21,488 nucleotides of DNA, from the NCBI GenBank assembly GCA_036479435.1, contig JAZGFI010000162.1, positions 1 through 21,488 on the forward strand, in the 5' to 3' direction. This document shows, in pieces, positions 1 to 7,471 of the stretch. This DNA comes from Planctomycetota bacterium. GTDB taxonomy: Bacteria > Planctomycetota > GCA-002687715 > DRQF01. The notes beneath the pieces were generated by a model. That model had not been told where the DNA came from. It saw only the letters and a program-made list of their open reading frames with translations, and searched no databases. The translations under genes and the position numbers were made by a program. Position 1 is the first letter of the stretch, and each line of letters opens with the position of its first letter.

Positions 1-127
1 CTGAACTCAGGAACGAAACTCCAAGAGACCTCGACGTCCAACACGGCCCTCCGATCTGGGCACCGTTGAGGCCTGGCGGCCCGTGTACAAAGCGCCGCTT
101 ATCCGCACTTTCAGGCCACCGTCAACA
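1..127 (-). mobile_element. Possible terminus of an insertion sequence (IS21-like end) that continues beyond the left edge
   Basis: Minus strand from 127 reads TGTTGACGGTGGCCTGAAAGTG..., resembling TG-initial IS21-family terminal repeats. It supplies the TGT TGA that abruptly ends the adjacent CDS. No transposase or other end is in the window. Confidence 0.3.
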
Positions 128-1084
128 CAAGACCGTCGCGATGCGGAGGATGGCGGGGAAGCTCTGTGGCAATAAACCGCTCAAGTCGACGAGCATGCCG
201 TCGCCTTCAATGAGCCCGAAGCCGAAGAGGGCGGGGAGTCTGAACCAGTAGTAGCAGGCGACCGCAAGGGTCACGAAGGTCTTAGCTAGGGTCCTCTTTT
301 GACTCGACTGCACCATGCTGCGCGCAAGGAGATAGACCGCGAGCGAATCGGCCAATCCGGCCCAGGGCCAAAGGTAGATCTCGCCGAGGTGGCTTAAGCC
401 CGCTGACCATTCATAGTCTGGGACTTGGAACCAGCCCCAGATGTAACCGGGAAATCCGCCGATGAGGAGAGTGGGAACCAAGGCTCTGAGTCCCCCTTTT
501 TCCTGTTCATGAATAAACTGTTCGCCTTGACCAGAGTCGGGGCAAACATGAACGCAAACCTGACAAGCGTCGCAGTGAGCATTGCCGAGCGTGGCGGCGG
601 GACTATGGCCATAGAGTTTTTCGACCGGATGAACAGGGCAAAGGCCGCTGCACCAAGCACTTTTCCACTCGTAGCGCGTGCCCAAGAGCGTGGCAAATAT
701 GGTGAGGGATAAGACCAAGATAGCCGTGGCGGGGCCGCTCAGATTGAAGCCCAGGTGCCGCAAGGGCACCAACAAAAGCAAAAGCAACAGGCCGCCCAGG
801 CCGAGTCTTTGGTGAGCCTTCACGGAGATCTTTTTCTGACGGGAAAAACCCAGATGTCGAGGAAGAAGGGCCGTGGTTCCCAAGGGGCAGATGTTGCGCC
901 AAAGGCCGGGCAAAAAGACCAAGAGCGCCGGCGCCACAGGGATCAAGACATTCCAGAACGCGTGGATGCCGACCGTCGGTTTCAACAACAACAGCATGAC
1001 GATGGCCAGACCGATCAACCAGACGAGACCTTGGATGACGCGCCAGATCTTTCTTTTCAGATCTGGGTTGTTCGCGGTGGTCAT
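122..1084 (-). CDS. Polytopic membrane 4Fe-4S binding protein (NapH/MauN/RdxA-like ferredoxin), possibly C-terminally truncated
   Basis: Start moved to ATG 1084 (MTTANNPDLKRK), 16 nt after the Rrf2 stop. Several TM helices; motifs WRNICPLG, WCSGLCP and CDACQVCVHVCP (CxxCxxCxxxCP). Confidence 0.82.
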   Translation of the reverse strand: MTTANNPDLKRKIWRVIQGLVWLIGLAIVMLLLLKPTVGIHAFWNVLIPVAPALLVFLPGLWRNICPLGTTALLPRHLGFSRQKKISVKAHQRLGLGGLLLLLLLVPLRHLGFNLSGPATAILVLSLTIFATLLGTRYEWKSAWCSGLCPVHPVEKLYGHSPAATLGNAHCDACQVCVHVCPDSGQGEQFIHEQEKGGLRALVPTLLIGGFPGYIWGWFQVPDYEWSAGLSHLGEIYLWPWAGLADSLAVYLLARSMVQSSQKRTLAKTFVTLAVACYYWFRLPALFGFGLIEGDGMLVDLSGLLPQSFPAILRIATVLC

Positions 1085-1100
1085 GGTGTCTCTGTTTTCC

Positions 1101-1541
1101 CTATCCCTTTGGTCCAGCCGCCAAAGAAGCCACGGCAGGCGGGGTGAAGTTTTTGAGGTCAGCCACGCTGGTCTTTTGCATGTCGGCTTCGATCTGTCGC
1201 CGGAGCTTGCCCCAAGTGTCGTGAAAGGCGCAGGCGGTCTCATCAGAGCAGAGCCCGTGTCCGATGACACAGCGGTTCCATTGCCGCTCGGGTTCCAAAG
1301 CATCGATGACTTGGCTCAACATGATGGACGCAGGGTCAACCGCTAGAGTCCAGCCGCCGTTGCGCCCCTTCAAGGCACGAAGCCAGCCCTGGCGGGCCAT
1401 GGGTTGGAGAGACTTGGTGACGTAAGTCGCCGAAATGCCCATCGTTGCGCCGATCTCTCGCGACTGCAAAACGGCACCTTCTCCCTCCGCCACTAACAGC
1501 GAAAGGCAGCGCAAACAGATTTCGGTGCCTTGTTGGAACAT
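1101..1541 (-). CDS. Rrf2-family transcriptional regulator, IscR-like Fe-S ligand set
   Basis: wHTH with 'ISATYVTKSLQPM' and wing 'KGRNGGWTLA'; C91-x6-C98-x5-C104-x2-H107, comparable to IscR C92/C98/C104/H107. Confidence 0.92.
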   Translation of the reverse strand: MFQQGTEICLRCLSLLVAEGEGAVLQSREIGATMGISATYVTKSLQPMARQGWLRALKGRNGGWTLAVDPASIMLSQVIDALEPERQWNRCVIGHGLCSDETACAFHDTWGKLRRQIEADMQKTSVADLKNFTPPAVASLAAGPKG

Positions 1542-1547
1542 GAGGGA

Positions 1548-1575
1548 AGCTTAAAGGTACTTTGGCGTCAAACAA
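1548..1575 (-). promoter_or_regulatory. Possible sigma70-type promoter for a leaderless rrf2 mRNA
   Basis: Minus strand TTGTTT-16 nt-TAAGCT-6 nt-ATG(1541), with no Shine-Dalgarno before the ATG. Confidence 0.3.
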
Positions 1576-1576
1576 G

Positions 1577-1601
1577 ATAATCGTAGTTTTTTTACGATTA
1601 T
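1577..1601. promoter_or_regulatory. Putative Rrf2 operator (9-7-9 perfect inverted repeat)
   Basis: ATAATCGTA-gtttttt-TACGATTAT, AT-rich, in the divergent intergenic region between the Rrf2 gene and the di-heme gene. Confidence 0.65.
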
Positions 1602-1703
1602 GGCGATATAAGAAAGCTATGGGCTCGAGCCTCCACGGGGCCGTGGAGTTCTCGAGTCGCGTCCTACACGCCGCCGCACCCCAGAGTTTCGGATGCTGAA
1701 ATC

Positions 1704-4187
1704 ATGAGTCGCCTCATTTTCCCCTTCGCGTTCCTTCTTCTGACGGCTTCCTTTTTCGCCCAACAAGGCAGCGACGAAGCACCCGATTTTGTGAACTACG
1801 AATCGGGACAAGTTCATCCCATGGCGGTGTCGGCCGACGGCAAGTGGCTCTACGCCCTCAACACTCCGAACAGTTGCTTGTCGATTCTCTCTTTGGCGAA
1901 CCCGCGGCTCCCGGTTTTGAAAAAAGAGATCTTTGTCGGCTTGGAACCGGTCAGTCTTTGCCTCAGAAATGAGGACGAAATTTGGGTCGTCGAAAACCTC
2001 TCGGACGCCGTCAGTGTCGTTTCTCTCAAAGAGGGCCGGGTCACCGCGACGATTCGCGTAGGAGATGAACCCAACGACATCATCTTTGCTGGTTCTCCAG
2101 AGCGGGCCTACGTTTCGATCTCTGGCGAAGATCTCATTTGCGTCATCGACCCCCAATCCCACGAGCGCGTCGCGACGATTCCCATCTTGGGCAAAACGCC
2201 ACGAGCACTGGCGACCAATGGCGATGGGAGTCGGGTTTACACCCTGGCCTTTCACTCCGGTAACCGGACGACTCTCGTTCCTATCGACCCGGCTCCGGCC
2301 CCGCCCTTGCCCGCCAAAAAGGAACTGCGCCCGGCTCCGAAGACCAGCTTGATTGTCTCTTTGACCAACCCGGTCTGGAACATTCACCCCATGAACCTCG
2401 TGGACTACGACGCCTTCGAAATCGACACCAAGACGATGGCGGTGACCAAACAGATCAAGAGCGTGGGCACGACCAACTTCGACCTGGTCTACGATTCTGA
2501 TTCCAAGGCCCTGTTTGTCGTTAACGCTGATTCCAGGAACCGGTTTAGGTTTGAACCGGCCGTGAACGGTCACGTCATCGACAACCGCGTAAGCCGAGTC
2601 TCCCTCGGGGACGAATCCCAGGTACAGCATTTTGACGTCAACCCTGGTGTCGACTACAGCCTGCTGCCTAACCCCGCAGCGAGAAAGACTGCGCTAGCCG
2701 ATTTGACCTCGATCGTCATGAGCGAGAATGGAAGACTCTTCGTCACCGCCCAGGGTAGCGACCGCATCGGTATCTTGAGCAAGAGCGGCGAGATCTTAGG
2801 CCGCATCGACGTGAGCGAAGCTCCGATGGACGGCCGCGATACGCTCAATAAGCGTGGCCCGAGGGCTCTCGCGTTCCACCTCAATCAGTCAATCCTGTAC
2901 TGCTACAACCGCTTGTCCCACACCATCGCCGTCATTGACGTCGAGCAGCAAGAAGTCGGACATGAAGTGTCGATCGGATTCGATCCCACGCCTCCCTACA
3001 TCCGCGACGGGCGAAAGTTCCTTTACGAAGCTCGCATTGCCGGCAACGGAACCATGTCTTGCGCCAGTTGCCACATCGACGGCGATGCCGACTTTTTAGT
3101 TTGGGACTTAGGCGATCCCAACGGCGACTTGATGCCCGTGCCCCAACAAAAAGATCTCGACTTCATGCCGAAGGGAAGCTCGCCCGCGGGTTTCTTTCAT
3201 CCCATGAAGGGACCGATGATCACCCAGACGATGCGCGGGTTAGATCCGAACCCTCCTTTTCATTGGCGCGGTGACAAACAAGACCTCACCGGCTTCAACG
3301 ATGCCTTCGTTTCGCTGCACGGTGGCGATCGAATTCCCCACTCTGAAATGAAGATGTACGAGCGATACCTTCTTCAGATCGCCCACGCTCCCAACCCTCA
3401 TCGCGGTTTGGACAACGGTCTTTCGGAGGCCGCACAGAAGGGTGAATTCACCTTCAACAACACCATCGCGATTGACTTTCCCGATCACACCCTCGTGAAG
3501 TGTGTCGATTGCCACAGCAATCCCGACGGTGCGAACAACCACATCTTCATGCCGGTGAGGCAGGCCTTCCTCGGCATTCCCCAGCCCATCAACACGCCCC
3601 AACTCAGAGGCATCTACCGCCGCGGCGAAGCCAAGATAGACGGCTCACCATCCAAAGTTGGTTTCGGTTACGCCAACGACGGCAACTTCCCCACCCTGCG
3701 CGCCTTTCTCGACTTGGTGACCTTCAACGCCATGCCCGACGCCGAAAAGGACGACTTGGCCGAGTTCATCCGCGCCTGGGACACCGGCACCGCGCCCGCC
3801 GTGGGCTTTAGACTTGCCCTCAACGCCAAATCCATCGCCAACCCCGACTATCGACGAGACATCGAAACTCTCGAATGGCAAGCGGCTTTGGGGAAGATCG
3901 ACCTAATCGCCAAAGGCCTCGTGAACGGCGTTGAGACCGGCCTGCTATTCGACCCCGCGAAACGGACCTACGCGACCGACCAAAAACACGGCGAACGCAT
4001 TCCGCGGGCGACGATGGAAATCCTGGCGGCCAAAGGTGGCGTCGACATCATCTTCACCGGTGTCGCCCCCGGTTGCGGCCAACGCTCCGCCTTAGACCAT
4101 GATCGCGACGGCGTGCTCAATGGCGAGCCGGCCAAAGCCAAGGTGAAGGCTTCCAGCGAAGCGACCGGCAAGAGCCAATCTAACTAG
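1704..4187 (+). CDS. Secreted YVTN/YncE beta-propeller fused to a di-heme cytochrome c (CcP/MauG-like) domain
   Basis: Signal peptide; YVTN-type blades (VGLEPVSL, IRVGDEPNDI, LGKTPRAL, GPRALA); CASCH at 3060-3074 and CVDCH at 3501-3515; CcP-like PFHWRGD and TPQLRG; C-terminal DHDRDG Ca-binding-like loop. Confidence 0.88.
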   Translation: MSRLIFPFAFLLLTASFFAQQGSDEAPDFVNYESGQVHPMAVSADGKWLYALNTPNSCLSILSLANPRLPVLKKEIFVGLEPVSLCLRNEDEIWVVENLSDAVSVVSLKEGRVTATIRVGDEPNDIIFAGSPERAYVSISGEDLICVIDPQSHERVATIPILGKTPRALATNGDGSRVYTLAFHSGNRTTLVPIDPAPAPPLPAKKELRPAPKTSLIVSLTNPVWNIHPMNLVDYDAFEIDTKTMAVTKQIKSVGTTNFDLVYDSDSKALFVVNADSRNRFRFEPAVNGHVIDNRVSRVSLGDESQVQHFDVNPGVDYSLLPNPAARKTALADLTSIVMSENGRLFVTAQGSDRIGILSKSGEILGRIDVSEAPMDGRDTLNKRGPRALAFHLNQSILYCYNRLSHTIAVIDVEQQEVGHEVSIGFDPTPPYIRDGRKFLYEARIAGNGTMSCASCHIDGDADFLVWDLGDPNGDLMPVPQQKDLDFMPKGSSPAGFFHPMKGPMITQTMRGLDPNPPFHWRGDKQDLTGFNDAFVSLHGGDRIPHSEMKMYERYLLQIAHAPNPHRGLDNGLSEAAQKGEFTFNNTIAIDFPDHTLVKCVDCHSNPDGANNHIFMPVRQAFLGIPQPINTPQLRGIYRRGEAKIDGSPSKVGFGYANDGNFPTLRAFLDLVTFNAMPDAEKDDLAEFIRAWDTGTAPAVGFRLALNAKSIANPDYRRDIETLEWQAALGKIDLIAKGLVNGVETGLLFDPAKRTYATDQKHGERIPRATMEILAAKGGVDIIFTGVAPGCGQRSALDHDRDGVLNGEPAKAKVKASSEATGKSQSN

Positions 4188-4439
4188 CTGAGATAGTAAG
4201 ATCCGCACTGGGGAGGATTCTTGGACGGCCTTGCGGCTCGATCGGCGGCAAACCGAAGGCGAATGACCCCAGTTCCCAATCTAGCTTCCCCAAACTGGCC
4301 TCGTTTGTCTAGCGATAAATGTTGGGATGCGGCTGAACACCCAGCCATCGCCTCGCGTTGAAGTCTCGGTGCAAGGCCACTGGAGCCTATTGCAAATTCG
4401 CAAGACTCTCGGCATCCAGCTCGTTGGGGGAGGAGTCGT

Positions 4440-6389
4440 ATGGTGTTCAACGATCGGCAAAAAATCGCAGTGCTTGCGGCATTCCTTGCGCTGTCGGCCG
4501 CCCTTTTCATCGTTCTTCAACTGCAAGATGACGATGAGCAACTCGATGCTGTCGGCAAAAGTGCCGAAGCATCAGGCGCAGAAACGAAGAATACAACCTT
4601 TGCGCCTAGCCGTGTTTCGAAGCTAAAGATCAAAGACCTTCCGATCGCCAAAGAGGCACCTGCGCCTGAACCCCTTGGCCCTTCGCCGACGGAGCCGCAA
4701 AAATCCAAGTACGCGAAGATTACCTTCATAGACCAACACCAAAATCCCTTTGGAGACGGTGTTGTCTTCGTGCCTGCCAAAGGCAAGGTCTTGGAGTTTG
4801 AACTAGCCGAGTCTGGTGTTTGCCAGTTACCTGTGAGTGAGTCCCCAGTCTCATTGATCGTCAAGCGCAAGGCGTCGCCGCCGCTGCTGATCGAGGACGT
4901 TCGAATAACAAGGGACGACACCTTCACCGTCGAGGTGGCTCCAGCCTTCGCGGGCCGGGTCAAGGTCGAAGGCGATCTGCCCCAGGAGCGCATCCAGTTG
5001 TTTTTCCATCCCTGCCACGATGAGAATCTCCAGGCCATCCAGAGCAAGTGGAGTTTTTCAAAGCGGCAGACAAATACATTGCGTCGCATCGTCGAGTTCA
5101 CGGACAAAGCTGGCTGTATTAAGGTAATGGGGTTTGCTGGCGTCCTCTACACGGCGTCGATTACCATCGGCACGGGCTACTTTTTGGAGGGCAACCTAGC
5201 TGAAGACCTCAAGCTCACCTTCGTGCACAGCAATGTGGAGTTTCTGGTCGACCTAAAAATCGCTCGAATTGTAACGGGTTTTTTGAGGTATGAGGGGCAG
5301 GAATCTCCGCTGCGAAATGCTCTGGTCATGATGAATTGGAAGCGTCAGGTGGCTGAACACAACAAGATGACCTTCATGGATCGGCAAACATCTGATTCTC
5401 GGGGCCGCTTTGTCATGACCGCATCAACCGGCCTCAACGACGCACTGAGCATCAGTTTCGCAATCAAGCATGACACCGGGATGTTTCGATTTGACGTTCC
5501 CGTTGCGTTGGCGCGCGAGCGCGAGACAGATCTTGGCATCATTATTATTCCTGTCTCCCAAAAGCGCTCCATCACGGTCGTCGACATTGACGGCTCGATC
5601 CTAGAGGGCGCCATCGTCGTCGTAGATGAGGCCGTCACTTTTGGGCCCAGCGGCACAGATGGCGAAGTCGAGTTTGAGGTGCCCTCAGTCGGGAAATGCC
5701 GTCTTGAAGTCGCCGCAAAGGGCTTTGCCGCGGCTCACATCTCAAGAGTAGATGAAAGCCGACGGCTCCCGCGGCGAGTCCGTTTGCACCGATGTGCCTC
5801 CATTGAAGTCAAGGGCGACTCACGGTTTTCGCTGCAAGTAGAGAGCAAGGACGGCAGCCTTTTCGCGAATCTCGGGGGGGAGATCTCCAAGCTACACGGC
5901 AAGCTCGGGGCTTCGCCTTCTCATTCATTCAACACATCTTCGAAGTACGGCGTGGCGACTTTCAATTCCGCAGGTGGTGCCGTCCGCGTCGATGGACTCA
6001 GAGTACCCAACGACCTCACTCTGATTCTCAGGCGAGCGAACACGATAGGGGACGCGCCAACGCTGCATTTGAGGCTAGACAGAGCTTCGCTCTTCGAGCT
6101 TTCGATCGATGACTTTCCCGAGACTTTGCCGCCCGAAACTCTAACGCTCAGGATTGTGGACGAGGCAGGCCGTCTCTTGCCGCAGTCCTCGGTCGTCGTG
6201 ATCCGGCCGGGGAAGATTGGCGACTTTATCGCTAGTCCGAACAAATTGGGCCTCGTGAAGCTGTCGGTTCAAGTCGGCGTACAATTTGAGATCGTGGTCC
6301 AAGCTTTGGGTCACGAAAAGAGGAGACTGGAAATCAGGGCCGACTCTGTCGGGGGGGCGCCAATAGATATCATCTTGCGCAAAAAATAG
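4440..6389 (+). CDS. Membrane-anchored hypothetical protein with carboxypeptidase-regulatory-like beta-sandwich repeats
   Basis: 649-aa ORF; GGAGGAG SD before ATG; N-terminal TM helix then Pro-rich linker; repeats such as 'VVDIDGSILEGAIV..TDGEVEF..LEVAAKGF' and 'IVDEAGRLLPQSSV..IVVQALGH'. Confidence 0.75.
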   Translation: MVFNDRQKIAVLAAFLALSAALFIVLQLQDDDEQLDAVGKSAEASGAETKNTTFAPSRVSKLKIKDLPIAKEAPAPEPLGPSPTEPQKSKYAKITFIDQHQNPFGDGVVFVPAKGKVLEFELAESGVCQLPVSESPVSLIVKRKASPPLLIEDVRITRDDTFTVEVAPAFAGRVKVEGDLPQERIQLFFHPCHDENLQAIQSKWSFSKRQTNTLRRIVEFTDKAGCIKVMGFAGVLYTASITIGTGYFLEGNLAEDLKLTFVHSNVEFLVDLKIARIVTGFLRYEGQESPLRNALVMMNWKRQVAEHNKMTFMDRQTSDSRGRFVMTASTGLNDALSISFAIKHDTGMFRFDVPVALARERETDLGIIIIPVSQKRSITVVDIDGSILEGAIVVVDEAVTFGPSGTDGEVEFEVPSVGKCRLEVAAKGFAAAHISRVDESRRLPRRVRLHRCASIEVKGDSRFSLQVESKDGSLFANLGGEISKLHGKLGASPSHSFNTSSKYGVATFNSAGGAVRVDGLRVPNDLTLILRRANTIGDAPTLHLRLDRASLFELSIDDFPETLPPETLTLRIVDEAGRLLPQSSVVVIRPGKIGDFIASPNKLGLVKLSVQVGVQFEIVVQALGHEKRRLEIRADSVGGAPIDIILRKK

Positions 6390-6430
6390 CAGAGCACTCG
6401 AGCCGCGGGCTCAATCAAGCTTTTGGATGC

Positions 6431-6464
6431 AAAACGGGCCGATCACCCTAAGGTGATCGGCCCG
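6431..6464 (-). terminator. Intrinsic terminator between convergent genes
   Basis: 13-bp perfect stem CGGGCCGATCACC/GGTGATCGGCCCG (6435-6464) with a 4-nt loop, followed by TTTT on the minus strand. Confidence 0.75.
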
Positions 6465-6497
6465 AAAAGTATGAACTCGATTGTTGCTTTTCAGAGG

Positions 6498-7346
6498 CTA
6501 TCGGGTCAGGGGAGTTTTGCCGGCGGAGTTGTAGGGCATGGCGAGTTTCCCGAAGGGCGTGTCCAGGTCCATGATGCCGCTGAGGCCGTAGTTGGCGTCG
6601 GAGCCGCGGAGCATGTTGAAGGCGGCGAGGCCGAGGGAAGCGGGGGAGAGGTTGAAGCCGATTTCGAGGGGCTTGTTGACGCCTTGTTCCAGTGAGGTGC
6701 CGCTGTTGATGGCGCTGCGGGCGACTTGCTGACCACCCAAAGTCAGGTCGTAGGCGAGGCGAGAGAGGTCGATGGGAAAGTCGTTGGTGTTCTCGATGCC
6801 CAAGAGCACGGTGGCGGCGGCGCTAGTGAACGACAGGGAGTCCCAGCTGAGATTTTGAACTTCGATCTTGGGGACATTCGGAATCGGGAACTCGCCGGTC
6901 TTTTTGAGCGGCAAGCGGATTTGGTCGAGACCGGGAGCATCGACGCGAATGCCGAGGTCGGCTTCGTAGGGCACGACGTTTCCGGGGCGAATTCCGCTCA
7001 ACACCGCGAGAGCTTGTTGGAAGGGGATGCGCGCCAAAAGAGGGACTGTGGTTCTACCGTTGGCGGGGATTGAGGCCGAGCCGGCACTTTGCCCGCTGAG
7101 GAATGACTTGCCGGCACTGGCCAGGCTCCAGTCCAATCCCGCGACGGGAAGCGGCACGCCATAGGGGTTGGTCACGTCGAGGTCAAAGGCCAAGGTGATC
7201 GACTCGGCATCAAAGCCCTGGAAGCTCACTCCCGAGACCGAAGCCGTGGGTTTGTCGAGGCCGTCGAGCATCCCGCCCAAACCTTGGCAGGAGTTGAACA
7301 CAAAGACCGAACAAAGAGCGAGAATGACTGCCGAAATGCGATGCAT
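6498..7346 (-). CDS. LEA type 2 / WHy-domain lipoprotein (two tandem domains)
   Basis: Lipobox-like FNSC after a hydrophobic stretch; two WHy repeats (LDVTNPYGVPLPVAGLDWSL; LGIENTNDFPIDLSRLAYDL); AAGAGG SD. Confidence 0.88.
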   Translation of the reverse strand: MHRISAVILALCSVFVFNSCQGLGGMLDGLDKPTASVSGVSFQGFDAESITLAFDLDVTNPYGVPLPVAGLDWSLASAGKSFLSGQSAGSASIPANGRTTVPLLARIPFQQALAVLSGIRPGNVVPYEADLGIRVDAPGLDQIRLPLKKTGEFPIPNVPKIEVQNLSWDSLSFTSAAATVLLGIENTNDFPIDLSRLAYDLTLGGQQVARSAINSGTSLEQGVNKPLEIGFNLSPASLGLAAFNMLRGSDANYGLSGIMDLDTPFGKLAMPYNSAGKTPLTR

Positions 7347-7471
7347 GGTTTAAACCTCTTGTAATTTCTAAGCGCCACTTCCGTGGCGATGAGTTCATTG
7401 TTGCAGGTTGCGCCTTTTTGCGCTTCCCTCGAGTACCGAGGGAAGTTGGAAGGCGCAGAAATCCGGTCTAC

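Noticed and set aside
74..100. GGCGGCCCGTGTACAAAG resembles the 16S rRNA 1392 region
   Set aside because: Short, mismatched, and with no flanking rRNA similarity.
80..127. TGT-TGA as Cys-Sec readthrough of the ferredoxin-like gene
   Set aside because: No convincing SECIS hairpin after the UGA, and the readthrough peptide does not continue the hydrophobic helix.
1085..1303. N-terminal extension of the 393-aa ORF 122..1303
   Set aside because: Overlaps the Rrf2 gene in another frame; membrane-protein-like sequence starts at Met 1084.
1617..2630. 337-aa antisense ORF, and similar ones at 8420-9274, 9255-10130 and 12501-13448
   Set aside because: Shadow ORFs opposite well-supported genes, expected from GC-rich codon bias, with no motifs.
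1704..4187. Calling this hydrazine synthase or nitrite reductase NirS
   Set aside because: No hzsA nearby; NirS has a single N-terminal heme c before the propeller, the opposite of this layout.
4246..4275. GGCAAACC resembling the c-di-GMP-I riboswitch start
   Set aside because: No GAAA-capped P1 with downstream GACGCAAAGC core.
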